From Octopus vulgaris (lineage: Eukaryota): a stretch of DNA of 64,000 nt. The stretch is taken from positions 110,422,001 through 110,486,000 of the forward strand of contig OX597817.1 in NCBI GenBank assembly GCA_951406725.2. The letters run 5' to 3'. Made by a program: the position numbers and the translations under genes. This document shows, piece by piece, positions 12,810 through 24,500 of the stretch. The notes beneath the pieces are model-generated. The model was not told where the DNA came from. It saw nothing but the letters and a program-made list of their open reading frames with translations, and did no database searches. The stretch's first letter is position 1, and every line of letters starts with the position of its first letter.

Positions 12810-13899
12810 CATTGTTTTGAGCTAAGTGGGGGTGCTAGATTCCCTTGTTCAAAAATATAAGGACACAGACCATGTTGTATAGCCAGCTGGAGATGTTGTC
12901 TCCTAGGGCTAAATTACAGCAACATTCATCCTAAACCAGGACTGCCATGTTATGTTGGCAAACAATCTTTACTCCAAAGTACTGTTGCTGAATATCTCTC
13001 ATGAGATTTACAAACAGTAATTTTCTAAGAATAAGTTGTTGTACTTGGCATTTGTTGATCTGGAGAAAGTCTTCGACAGGGTACCTCTGTAAAGAGTACA
13101 CTCTATAAAGGGGGTTGGTGTTAGAAAGGCTATCCAGTTGTAGAAACCATGCCAAAACAGACAATGGAACCTGGTATGGCTCCTAGCCTTGCCAGTTCCT
13201 GTCAAACTATCCAACCCATGCCAGTATGAAAATCAGATGTTAAATAACGATGATGTATAAATGTGTGTATGTGTGTAAAATTAAAATCAACATCACCATC
13301 AATCTATTTCACTATATACTTCACTGAGGTGATCTAAGGAGACTGAAATGTGTCCATTGCGTTCATCTGTCGACTAAATGATGAAATCCATTCGAATTTG
13401 TATTATCTTTACTTGTTTCAATTATAGGACTGCAGCCATGCTAAGGCACTGCCTTGAAGGGTTTAGTCAAACAGATTGACCTCAGTATTTATTTTTAAGT
13501 CTGGTACTCATTCTATTAGTCACTATTTTGCCAAACTACTTAGTTATGGAGACATAAACAAGCTAACACTGGTTGCCAAATGGTGGGGTCACACACACAC
13601 ACACACACACATTTATATGATGGGCCTCCACACTTTCCATCTACCAGATTCATTCACGAGGCTTTAAGTCAGCCCATGGCTATATAGGGTATGCTGTAAA
13701 GAATTCCTAATTATTTAAATAAGTTTATTTTATCAAATTTAGTTTGAAATTGCAGAAAAATAATTAAAATGCACTCCTCGGTGATTGTTCATGTACACTC
13801 CATTGTTTGTTTACATTCGGTGAGTAAAACATTTCAAAATGGCTGCTAATAGGCCAAAAAAGTAAAGCACATTCACAGGCTCAGTGTTCACTGGGTATG

Positions 13900-14898
13900 T
13901 AATCAATGAGAGAGACAGAAGATGGAATATATGAGAATCTTTATTGATTACTACAATCATTTTGTCCTATCAAGCACTGATCTCTCGTGGATGGGCTACA
14001 GTAATCACTTGCCATATCATGGTTCACCTATCAGACCTTCAGTACATTGCTGATTTTTCTGGTTAATATATATAAATTTATATCATGGACTCCTCAGTAT
14101 TTTGCAGGTTTCTGTGGCCAGTAGGTATTTATATTTTTTTTAGATTTTAATTATTTCTAAAAATTAATATATTAGTAAATAAAAATACAGTACAGTACTG
14201 CACTGTATAACACATTAGTTAAAATATATTAAAAGAAAATATGTAGTGTACCATAGATGAGTAAACAAAGAATCGCACATACTGTATGGAAAATGAAACT
14301 AGGGACGTAAAATAAGAGAAGACACAGGTACCCCTAAGAGTGTAGGGAGAGTTTATAAAAGCTTAAATATATTTGAAAAATAAAATAAATATATACAAAT
14401 TATAAAAATAATTTTTAAAATATACAGTTCAGTACTGTTTCTACTTCACGGATTTTTGCATATCGCAGGGCTTTTTGGGACATAATACCTGTGATAGTTA
14501 AGGGATTACAGTACTGAACAGCTGGTTTATTTGTAGCTCTGAGTGTAGATGTGTCTCCTCAGGTGATTTCAAGAGGTATTCCATTAAAATAAACTATATT
14601 TTACTCAACCTATTACTGCATGTTTACTTTTTGGGCTTGCTAGATAGGAAAGGTAAATTGACGGATACTGCTTCATTCTTATAGAAGATCATTTACAAAG
14701 ATCAGATACAAAAAAGAAAGAAATATACAATAAAGTGAAAAAAGTAAACATGCAGTAATAAGTTGTGCTAAACAGAGCCCATTTGAATGAGACACTTCTT
14801 GAAATCACCTGAAGAGACACATCTACACTGAGAGATACACCTAAACCAGTTGTGCAGTATCCCGCCCACGAAGGATTGATGCTAAGATGAGTTGAAAT
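13900..14898. mobile_element. PLE-like repeat with long-helix-II hammerhead (inverted partial copies), interrupted by a pogo/Tigger-like MITE at about 14045-14512
   Basis: About 14516-14590 is inverted relative to about 14780-14855. Homologous to 50509-50690. AUCAC-CUGAAGA-GACACAUCU...AGAUGAGUU-GAAA at 14804-14897. Confidence 0.55.
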
Positions 14899-17800
14899 AT
14901 ATATATAAACACATACACACACAGGTTTCCTAAAGTTTCTATCAACCATTTCCATTCACAAGACATTGGGCAATCTGAAGCAATAGTAGACATTAACTGG
15001 CAGTGTCATGTCCTGTAAACAAACCCTAAAGTTCTTAACCAAATGGTGATGTTTGTGCCTTTGCACTGTAGAATGCTCTCTTCATAGGCTGTTGATTGGA
15101 AATAAGAATGGTTTTGGTATTTCCCAACTGTATTCCTCCTTCTTGTGGTGCCAAGTAGCATCTATATTATAATGGAGAAAGCTGCTTATTAATTAGGTAT
15201 GTAACAGTTACTAAAAGAATGCAATTATTAAAGGCTTAACTGTCTGGAAATTATTTTATAAATTCATGTTCCAAGAAATTTCTTATAATTTTGATTAATG
15301 AAATTTATTGAATTTTTGAATTCCAATTTTTCACAAATTTAAATATTCGTTGCTTCACTGCTTCCACTTGCAAAGTCTATCACTCACTATTTCAATGTTT
15401 TCATTTCAAGTTTTAATTTGCTATTTACAAAACCTACTGTTTATTTTATATACGTAATGTAAAAATATTCATTGAATGAAAATTTTTTTTTTTTAACTTA
15501 GACAATTATTTAACTTTAGAAATTCTGTGCAATTATTTTCCATTTCTAATTTTACCGTCATTGTCATCATCATTACCATCATCATACTGGTATAATTTTT
15601 GTAAAAAAAATTAAGAAGTGATTTTGTTCTTATGGCTGTTTGGTATGCTATAAGCCTTACAATAACAACTATCCAGACTGATTTTGGCCATTTTTCTTTT
15701 TTAACTTAAAAAAAATGGGAGGAGTCTTTTCAGTTAAAATAACAAAACAAAATTGTAAATATTTTCAGAGGAGCTGTTATTTCTAATACAACCCAAACCA
15801 CCCTCTGTTTTCATTCTCATATGTATTGATGTCTTTTCAATATTTTTCTCCCATTAAATACATTTTATGGAATGATTCTGCCGAAGTATGTGTGGTCCAT
15901 TTGTGGAATATAAGCAACAAAAAAATATTGTAATCTAAATTTTTACCCCACCTGAATCAAACAAAGCCGTCTGTATAAGAAAAATCATTTTCTAACAGAG
16001 AAGTATGCTATTAAAATGAATTATCGTTTATGTAACTCTTTTTTAAAATCAGTGTGGATAAATGCCAGCAATGACCTTCTCAGGCTTTCTAATATTTTAA
16101 ATTATAAACAGCAACAATTGGGGGCAGGGAGTGGGGTTGCAAAAGAAAAAACATAATTTTTCAAATTTTATTTTTTATAGCATGTAAATGTATTTATGGG
16201 AAGAAAAATATTGGAAAACACCAATACATGCGGGAGTGATAAAGAAACGAGGAGGGTTGTCTTGGAATGTGCTAGAAATAACTGCCAAACCTCCATTAAA
16301 TCAGTCACTTTTCCCTCTGAAAATATTAACAATTTCTTAAATTTTTTTACTGAAAAGGCTCCTCTCATGGTTTTGAAGTGCAAAAAAAAAACAAATTGGC
16401 CAAAATAGGTCTGGAGTGGGATGATGAGGGAGAGGAGGAAAAAATTTTCAAAACATGTTTCGTACAACGATGCCCCCTCCTCCACCCCATCATTTTGAAG
16501 GCTGTGGTTTTTAAAAAAATGGGGAAAATCCCCATCAAAACAGTAGTTCTAATTTATTTGGTGTTCCTGATTCGAAACTCCGGTTGTACCAAAACCCCTT
16601 TCCCCACCCCGTCAGAAAAAATTTTCACCACAAATTTCTTTATAATCATAACCTATGCCATTTGAAAGGTATTTGTATAAACTTCCATTTAAAGATACCC
16701 ATTTTCCTGAAAGTTATGAGGGAGAAAAGTCTGATCATGTGAATTTTCCAAAACTCTTCAGAAAAATTTTTTCCTATAAATCCCTATATACTCTGAAGCT
16801 GCAACATCTAAGCGGTTTTTGTAGAAAATTTTGTTAAAAAGTATCCATTTTTCTGGATGTTATGAGGCAACAAAATCAGGGGCATATACATCTGTAGTTA
16901 TGCCCTTTTATTTATATGATTTTTTTCATTTCATGTTTATTTCATTCATTGTCTGCAATGTTCTCTCTCACACATACACAAATGCACACTGCCAAGCTTA
17001 CAGATGGGCTGCTGAATTGAAATCTCTATGTTGCTATGAGGGGAAGTTAAAACTTGACAAACTGCTCCCCTCTCTGTAGTTGGACTACCTTGATGTTTGT
17101 TTAAAAAAGAGAAATTACAACTGTGATAAAATAATGAAAGCATAATTTACTAAGCAAGTAAACACTATTATACAAAGAGATAATTGGACATAAAATATAA
17201 AAATTATTAGAATTGGGAATCAAATGTGAAAATATTATCAAGTGGCTGGCAGAAAACTGCCTGGAGGGCAGTCTTTCTGCTAGTCAAAATAATTATAATT
17301 ATTAGGGAATATCTGGTTTCTTTTGGTCTACACTGTAGCATGCATTTCACTCCATCTTCCATGAAACTACCTCAGCTTGATGCAACTGTAATCACATCAA
17401 CAGGCTGTGTGTTTAAGAAACCTGCTTCCAAACCATATAGTCTCAAGTTCAGTCCCACAGCACAGCACCTTGGACAAATGTCATCTACTATAGTACCTGG
17501 GTGACTGAAGCCTTGAGTGGATTTGGTTGTTGGAAACTGAAAGAAGCTCATTGCATGTGTGTGTGTGTTTGTGTACATGTATCTTTCTCTTGACAACATG
17601 ATTGTAAATTAGTGTTACTACCATACAAGTTGTTCATTTCCAGTTTTCCATGAAAATGTGTGGTCATGGGGAAATATTACTTTGCTTGGAAACAGGTGGG
17701 GGTTGGCAACAAGAAGAACATCCAGCCATAGAAAATTTACCCCAACAAATTCCATCTAAACTATGCAAACAAGGAAAAGTGGTCATTAATAGATGATGAT

Positions 17801-18379
17801 AATATTCACTGAGAATTTTTACTTTGCTCTAAGCTTTATTCTCTCTTTGTCTTACATGTCTGCCATACATCTATGATGAAGAATTCTTTGCTTCCCTTTC
17901 TATTTCTCAGTTCATTACTCTGCCATATGTCTTCAGTCCACTGCCAGTGAGGCAGGACATAATGGGTCTGACTAAAGATCCACTTCATTCTACCTCTGCT
18001 AGAAGCATCATACATGTTATTCTCATGTCTTACACAACTCCCCAAGTCCTTCATATTTTAGGTTTTTCTTTTTCTATTATCATTTTACATCACTTTTCTA
18101 TGCTAGCATGGGTTTGATGACTGTTTCAGCATCTCTGACATGTTTTTTTTTTCATGGTTGGATGCCTCCCTATTACCATCCACTTAACAATGTGGACTTT
18201 GGGTATTTTATCATGCCACTGATAAAGGTAATCTGAAAAGTTGATTGCATGCAGTTTGCAGAGTTCATATCTCTTCCATTTGAACATGTAGAATTCATGT
18301 TCGCATTTGATCTTTACTTTTCAAAAATTTAAGTGTCGATAACTTTAGTTTTTAATTATTTTCCTTTCATGTTTTTCAG

Positions 18380-18540
18380 CTTTTTTTTTACTGTAAACAA
18401 TTAACAACTGTATGGATGATGTTACTTCTCTGTTAAACATTCTGAAAGGCCCTCAAAGATGAGACAGAAACTATCACGCCGAAGACGGCACCAGAAGCTT
18501 AAGCTTTATGGCATTAATGCTCTCAGCAGTGAAAAAAAAA
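18380..18540 (+). CDS. ACVR1: Candidate first coding exon of the receptor (ATG 18459: [27 protein letters not shown])
   Basis: Acceptor tttttcag|18380 and donor 18540|gtaagt. The open frame ends in phase 1, matching exon 21050. It encodes no hydrophobic signal peptide, so it is tentative. Confidence 0.5.
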
Positions 18541-21500
18541 GTAAGTTGATGCTTAATTCATTTGTTCAATTCTTGTCATTCCAATAAGTGGTAAGAAATA
18601 TCTGTGTAGTTGAAGAGGCACAATTGATCAGAAATATACTCGAGTTCTTTTGATTGTACTTTATTTGAACATCTTTCACTATGGAATCTTGTATACAGTA
18701 ATTTGATTTTGTAGTTAAACTTTGTTGAAGTTTATCCCATCTTTCACAATATTAAGTATTTTTTGCCATTAAATGCTGCCGATGTGCCAAGCAATGAACA
18801 GTTAGTATCTCATGGGAAATTTCACACTTTAGGAGAGATGAAAAACCTTTGTATCTTCCTGTCATCGAAGGGGATTTTGTAAGAAATATCTATAAAACTG
18901 AATGGCTATGGGGGTCCCCCAGAGTAAAATGGTAATCAAAGTGGTCCATAGATAGCAAATGGTTGAGAACCACTACTTTAGTTAAACAGTCTCTTAGTTG
19001 CTAACGTTTCAGTTGACTTCCTGTGAAATTTCCTGTTATTAGAGAAGAAATATTTTTTAAAATGATATCTGAGAAACTGTTTTATTGTGGTGAGCAGATG
19101 CAGTTACATTCTGAATTCAAATACCGCCAAGATCAACTCTGCCTTTCATTCTTCCAAGGCCAATAAAATAAAGTACAATTTAAGTACTGGGGTTCATATA
19201 ATCAATTAACCCTTGCCCCCAAATTTCTTGCCTTGTATCTTTATGAGAAGTCATTGTTAAAATAACCTTTTAAAATTCTGTTATTATTGATACATTTATT
19301 TCTATAATAGTTAACAATATTTTTTTTTTATATGGGCCAACAAGGATGTTCTTATATGGTTGCTCACTGTGCTAGAAAGAACAGCTGGATCTTGCAAATC
19401 ACACCGTATAACTCTATCGCTTTTAAACAAAAGGGAAGAACATTTTGAATTATGCATTTGATCATACAGCTCTTTGATTAGTGCCGTCTTGGGACCAAAC
19501 ATCAATTACCATCTTTTTTATATATAACTATCAGTTTTTTAAAGTTATTACGACTTCACTTGAAAATTAATTATCTATTTATGATCAATTATTGATTAAA
19601 ATAGAAATGCATCAACTACATCAACTGAGCCTGAAAATGTTTAGCCAGTGTTATTAAAATAAGAACGGTTTCAATATGTCAAAGTAAATACTAAGCACCA
19701 TCTGTGGATTGATGAGGACAGTTGCATAAAGAAGTGCCAATCCCTTTAAGTGGAAGGGATTGTAGAAGAGGTACTCCAGGAAGACATGGGATGAAGTATT
19801 GAAGGCCAATCTCAAAAAACTGAACTTTACAAAGAAGCTGACAAAGGACCAAGATATATGGTGCATTGTTGTACTTGAGAAATTCTGCCCGGCACTGCAG
19901 AATTGAAATCTTAAAACCAGGGTGTCACTTAAAAAGCATTGGTGTGGGTGCTGCTACCATGTAAAAAGCACCCAGTACACTCTGTAAAGTGGTTAGCATT
20001 TGGAAGGGCATCCCACCATAGTAACCAAACCAAAACAAACTATGGAACTTGGCCTTGCCAGTTCCTCTCAAGCCGTCCAACCCATATCAGTATGGAAAAC
20101 TGATGTTAAATGTTGATATTGATGATTATGATGATGATCTGATTAGACCATGGCCCATGTATACAGAATAAAGTTTATAGAAGGAAAATTATATGATGAA
20201 AAATTTAATAGATACAGGTACAAATTAACACACTTTGAAAGCAGAGTATGTTTAATATCTACTTAAAAAGATTAAGCTACAAAACTATTTTTAACATACT
20301 GTATGAAGACTGTTCTTATGATACAAGGATGTTTGCAAAAGGGGACATGAAGGCCTGCAACATCAATATTAGTAACTGGGGAGCAGTTGCCAGCAACCGT
20401 GGAGATAGGCGACATACCGTAAAAGAGGGAACACAATGGAATGACAAGAAACTATGACATTACAACCAGCCAGGCAAAGTCTTCGCTACATTTGCGGCAC
20501 TTGCCAGAGGGAGTGTTTGTCCAGGATAGGACTACACAGCAACAGCAGGAGATGTATTAGGACATGAACTGTAAAAGCCGGAATAGATTATTCTATGCGC
20601 AACTCCATTGTCTCCCGAGACAAAAAGGATGCCAACAATGCAAATTAACTAACATAGTAGCTGCACAGTGAACTTCAGCTAGTCCATGAAAATCAAAACT
20701 ATCACTTTCAAAAATAGCTGGGGTTTTTTTTTCTTTTTTTTTTTTTCCTTTGGTAATTCTGGATTTCTGGAAGCCTGTTATGAGTCTGGTATTGTAGTTG
20801 GATTTCATAATTCAGAGTTAAGCATCTCTACTAGTGTCACAGCTCTTTGTCATAAACCTTCAACCAGCTGAGGTCAGTGTTACTTTGCCTAAGATGAGTT
20901 ACAACTTTCAGTAGAAGCACAAAGTTTTTTGAAAATTATATTTGTAATGAAAAAATTGTTTTAACAAATTAAAAATGAAGCATCATAATATTTACAGTGA
21001 AATATTGAACTTGTTTTTTTTTTTTTCTTTTTTCTTTTTTTATATAAAGGCAAAAATAAAACTATTTCCTGCTTCTGTGATGACTGCCTAAATTCCTCTT
21101 GTCAAACCTCAACTGTTGTAAGTTTTCCTTTTTTACTCTTAGTTTTGTTGCTTTTATCACTAAAAGTTTCATTTTGATTGAAGGTTGCAGCAGAATTTCA
21201 ACTCTGGATCAGGGATAGGAACTGAAACAAATAAGTTTATGATCTGTAAATATATTGCTTTCAAATTTTGGCACACAGTCAATAATTTTGGAGAAGTGAG
21301 TAAGTCAATTATATCAACCCCAGTGCTCAGCTAGTACTTATTCAGTAATTCAGATGCAGGCATTGCATCTGAATAAAATGCATTGCAATAGGTGCAGGCG
21401 TGGCTTTGTGGTAAGAAGTTTGCTTCCCAACCACATGGTTTCTAGTTCAGTCCCATTATGTGGCACCTTGGGCAAATGTCTTCTACTATAGCTCCAGGCC

Positions 21501-24500
21501 AACCAAAGCCTTGAGAGTGGATTTGATAGCTGGAAACTGAAAAGAAGCCTATCATATCTGTGTGTGTATGTGTGAGTTACTGTCCCCTTACTTTGATGCT
21601 ACTTGATGTTTGTAAATGGGTGTCACAGCAAGCGGTGTCCTTTGTTTCCAGTCTTCTGAGACATGTCTATTCAGAGAGAAATATTATCTTGCATGGAAAC
21701 AGGTGAGGGTTGGTGAAAAGAAGAGCATATGACCATAGAAAATATGCCTCAACAAACTCCATCCAACCCATACAAGCATGGAAAATGTGGACATTAAAAT
21801 GACAATAATTTAAGTTTTGTTCCTCCACATTCTTTTATGATTTAATATCAGCTGGGGCCAACTTTACCTTTTAGGTCAATAATTATGTTCTATGACTGTA
21901 TTTTTCTTCTACAAATTAGTGATCATGTATTAATATAAATTAATATTGTAAAAATTTGGGGCATAGGTGTTTTTTTTTAATCATGATTTTATGGATGCAG
22001 TCTGTGAAATATGGCATCATGCCATCCTAGATATGTGAGCAGTGCTTTAAAATTGGGCACATTTGCCAATGTCATTCATATTCCTGATTATCTTGGCATC
22101 TGATTTACCAATCTGGCATATGCTGGATGGGCACCATAATATGTTTTCATGTATCGTTTATCTGTAATACTTTACTTTGTATTATCTGGATGGTCTTCAT
22201 ACTGTTTTTTTTTTCTCTTTAATTATCTCTCTCCTACCTGTTTGTTTCTACATGTAGCTCACAATATCTAACATCATTGCCATTCATGGAGCCTTTAATA
22301 CTTGCAACCAAATCTGGAATCACATGCTATAATTTGAAATATAGAAGGAATCATAGATAATGTAGTTCTTGACCAAAAGTGGATGGGGAAGCTGTAACTG
22401 GAATGTATTACATCATACATCTGCTCACAATCAATTTACTTTTTTGACATCAACTTGTCTGAGACCATCCCTTATTTTGATATGAACTCTCTGTTTTAAA
22501 GTGATCTAAATCAGAACCTTTCTTCAAAATTTCATGTTAATTTATTTTCTAAACATTAGCTTAATAATGACAAAGCTATTTTACAAACATTTTCTTTATT
22601 TTAAAAACTAATTCAAACAAAAGCAGTGTATGTCTACAGAAACATGGTAACAAAAGGGTTAAACAAGTCATCCACTCCAAGGCAATAATTTGTTGTTGGC
22701 AGAATATAAGGCTACAGATTGTCAAATTGTGTCAAAATCCTCATCCTAGTCAAATGCTGTTTTCTCAGCATGAACCTATTGTCTATGATTCTAAACTCTG
22801 TAACAATGTCATATTCTTTATCCCATTTTAATTTTATCTTATTCTGTCACTTCCATATGATTTCTTTTCTGCTATTTTTAATCTGTATAAATGTTTCAGG
22901 ATACAATTTCCAAACCAGCATAAATTAAACTGCTTAGTCTTTATTCTTTCTTCTGTTAATCCTGACCTTTCTCCCTTACAAGTTACTTTTATTGGATTTT
23001 ATTCCGCTATTATATTTCATGAACTAACAACACTTTATTTGTTCCTAAAGCTTCTAAACAGTATTTGCTGATACCCATTAAGGCAAGGAGTAAATAGAAA
23101 ACTATAAGAAAGTAAATTTTTGTCAAAATGACATAGTGTAGAGTAGTAGATGGGATTATTCGAACCAACCAACTGGCCTAGACAGTTGTGGAAAGGAGTG
23201 ATATCAATATGCTCGATGGCACCAGGAAGAAGATGCAGACAGTAGATTTGTTACTCTTCTGTACAGTGAGGTTGGGCAATGTGAAACTTTGCAAGGCAGC
23301 ATGTTCATATGATCAAGGATGTCTTTTGACGAGAAGCGCATTTGAAATAACAATGGCACAATTGTCTCCAATGATAGAGAAGGAAAGATACATAGAAATG
23401 TTGTTATGAGAAATTATTGAGAAAGGAATTTGGCTGAGGCAGAAAGTGATTACTCCACTTAACCCAGTTATGGTTGGTAAGGCAATAACGGAAGCAACAG
23501 GAGTAATTGTTGAGATGTTCGAAATTTCAGGTTATACTGGCTACTCAGTTAAGTTGTTAAAAAATAATTAATTGCAACACAAGCAGTATTAAGACCAAAA
23601 GGTAATATTTACACAACTTAAAAGTGGATGTTGTATTAGAACACAGAATACTTTGATAGTTACCACGAGAGAAACTTTCATTTGGTTTTGTGGTACATAT
23701 AAGCACTCTTGTTCACATCACTAGCAGGAGACAATCACTACCATCAGTGCTGCCAGGACATTATCAATGGTAGACACTTAACCAATGGAAATAGCAGTGA
23801 CTGCTATGCTAGTGATATACATGAGATCACAGTGCCTAATCAGGCTCTGGTGTTGTAAATAATCAGTGGGCTTATTAAAAAATGATAGCGACAGAAGCAC
23901 TCACTATTAATACCAAAAGGTAATATTTATCACCACTTAGAATACTTTGATAGTTACCATTAGAGAACCTCACATATGGTGTTGTGGTGCATATAAGCAC
24001 TCTTGTTTACATTGCTAGCAGGAGACAATCATCACCATTGCCAGGACTACCAGATCATGTTATTTCGGCCTTCTTTGGCCTTGTCATTGGTAGATGCCTG
24101 ATGGTTGGAAATAACAGTGACTGCTTCCACTAGCACTGTAAACGACTGCTTATATGCACCACAAAACCATATAAGAGGTTCTCTCATGGTTACTATCACA
24201 GTATTCTGTGTTTTAACACATCCACTTTTCAGTTGTGATAAATATCACCTTTTGTTAGGTTGTTGTTTAACCCTGGGTCAGCCATGATCAAGCAGACTAC
24301 AATCAAAGACATTTCAGCCACAACGTTCTGTCATAGTGGTGTGTAAGATTACATTATCCAATGAGTCCTTTCCTTAGAGCAGTAGGTTGTGTGATGTGAG
24401 GGAGATTTGATTGCTATTTCTAGTGTAGACCACCATTTAGAAGCTTCTATGATGGGTCATGCAGGAAGATGTTATCCTCAAAGGACTGACATTGAGTACA

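Larger units (their letters stand above)
7697..13024. mobile_element. Hammerhead-bearing PLE-like repeat element (7697-7928 and 12561-13024) hosting the L1
   Basis: 7697-7762 is directly repeated at 12699-12763; 7697-7912 is inverted at about 12760-12975; 12647-12762 is inverted at 12910-13024. Bounded by the 14-bp TSD. Confidence 0.75.
7546..13255 (+). mobile_element. RTE-type LINE RT fragment split by a 5.3-kb nested insertion
   Basis: ...EMQFGFVLGRSTTDTIFIAKQLQKKFITKNKL (to 7696) resumes as KNKLLYLAFVDLEKVFDRVP at 13025. The 14-bp duplication CTAAGAATAAGTTG lies at 7683-7696 and 13025-13038. Confidence 0.8.

Noticed and set aside
15700-16919. Possible Helitron-like element (minus-strand TC start at 16919)
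   Set aside because: Could not locate a 3' hairpin-CTAG end; boundaries unsupported.
20798-20872. Possible signal-peptide exon ([16 protein letters not shown])
   Set aside because: An in-frame stop lies upstream, and the donor phase is incompatible with the phase-1 exon at 21050.
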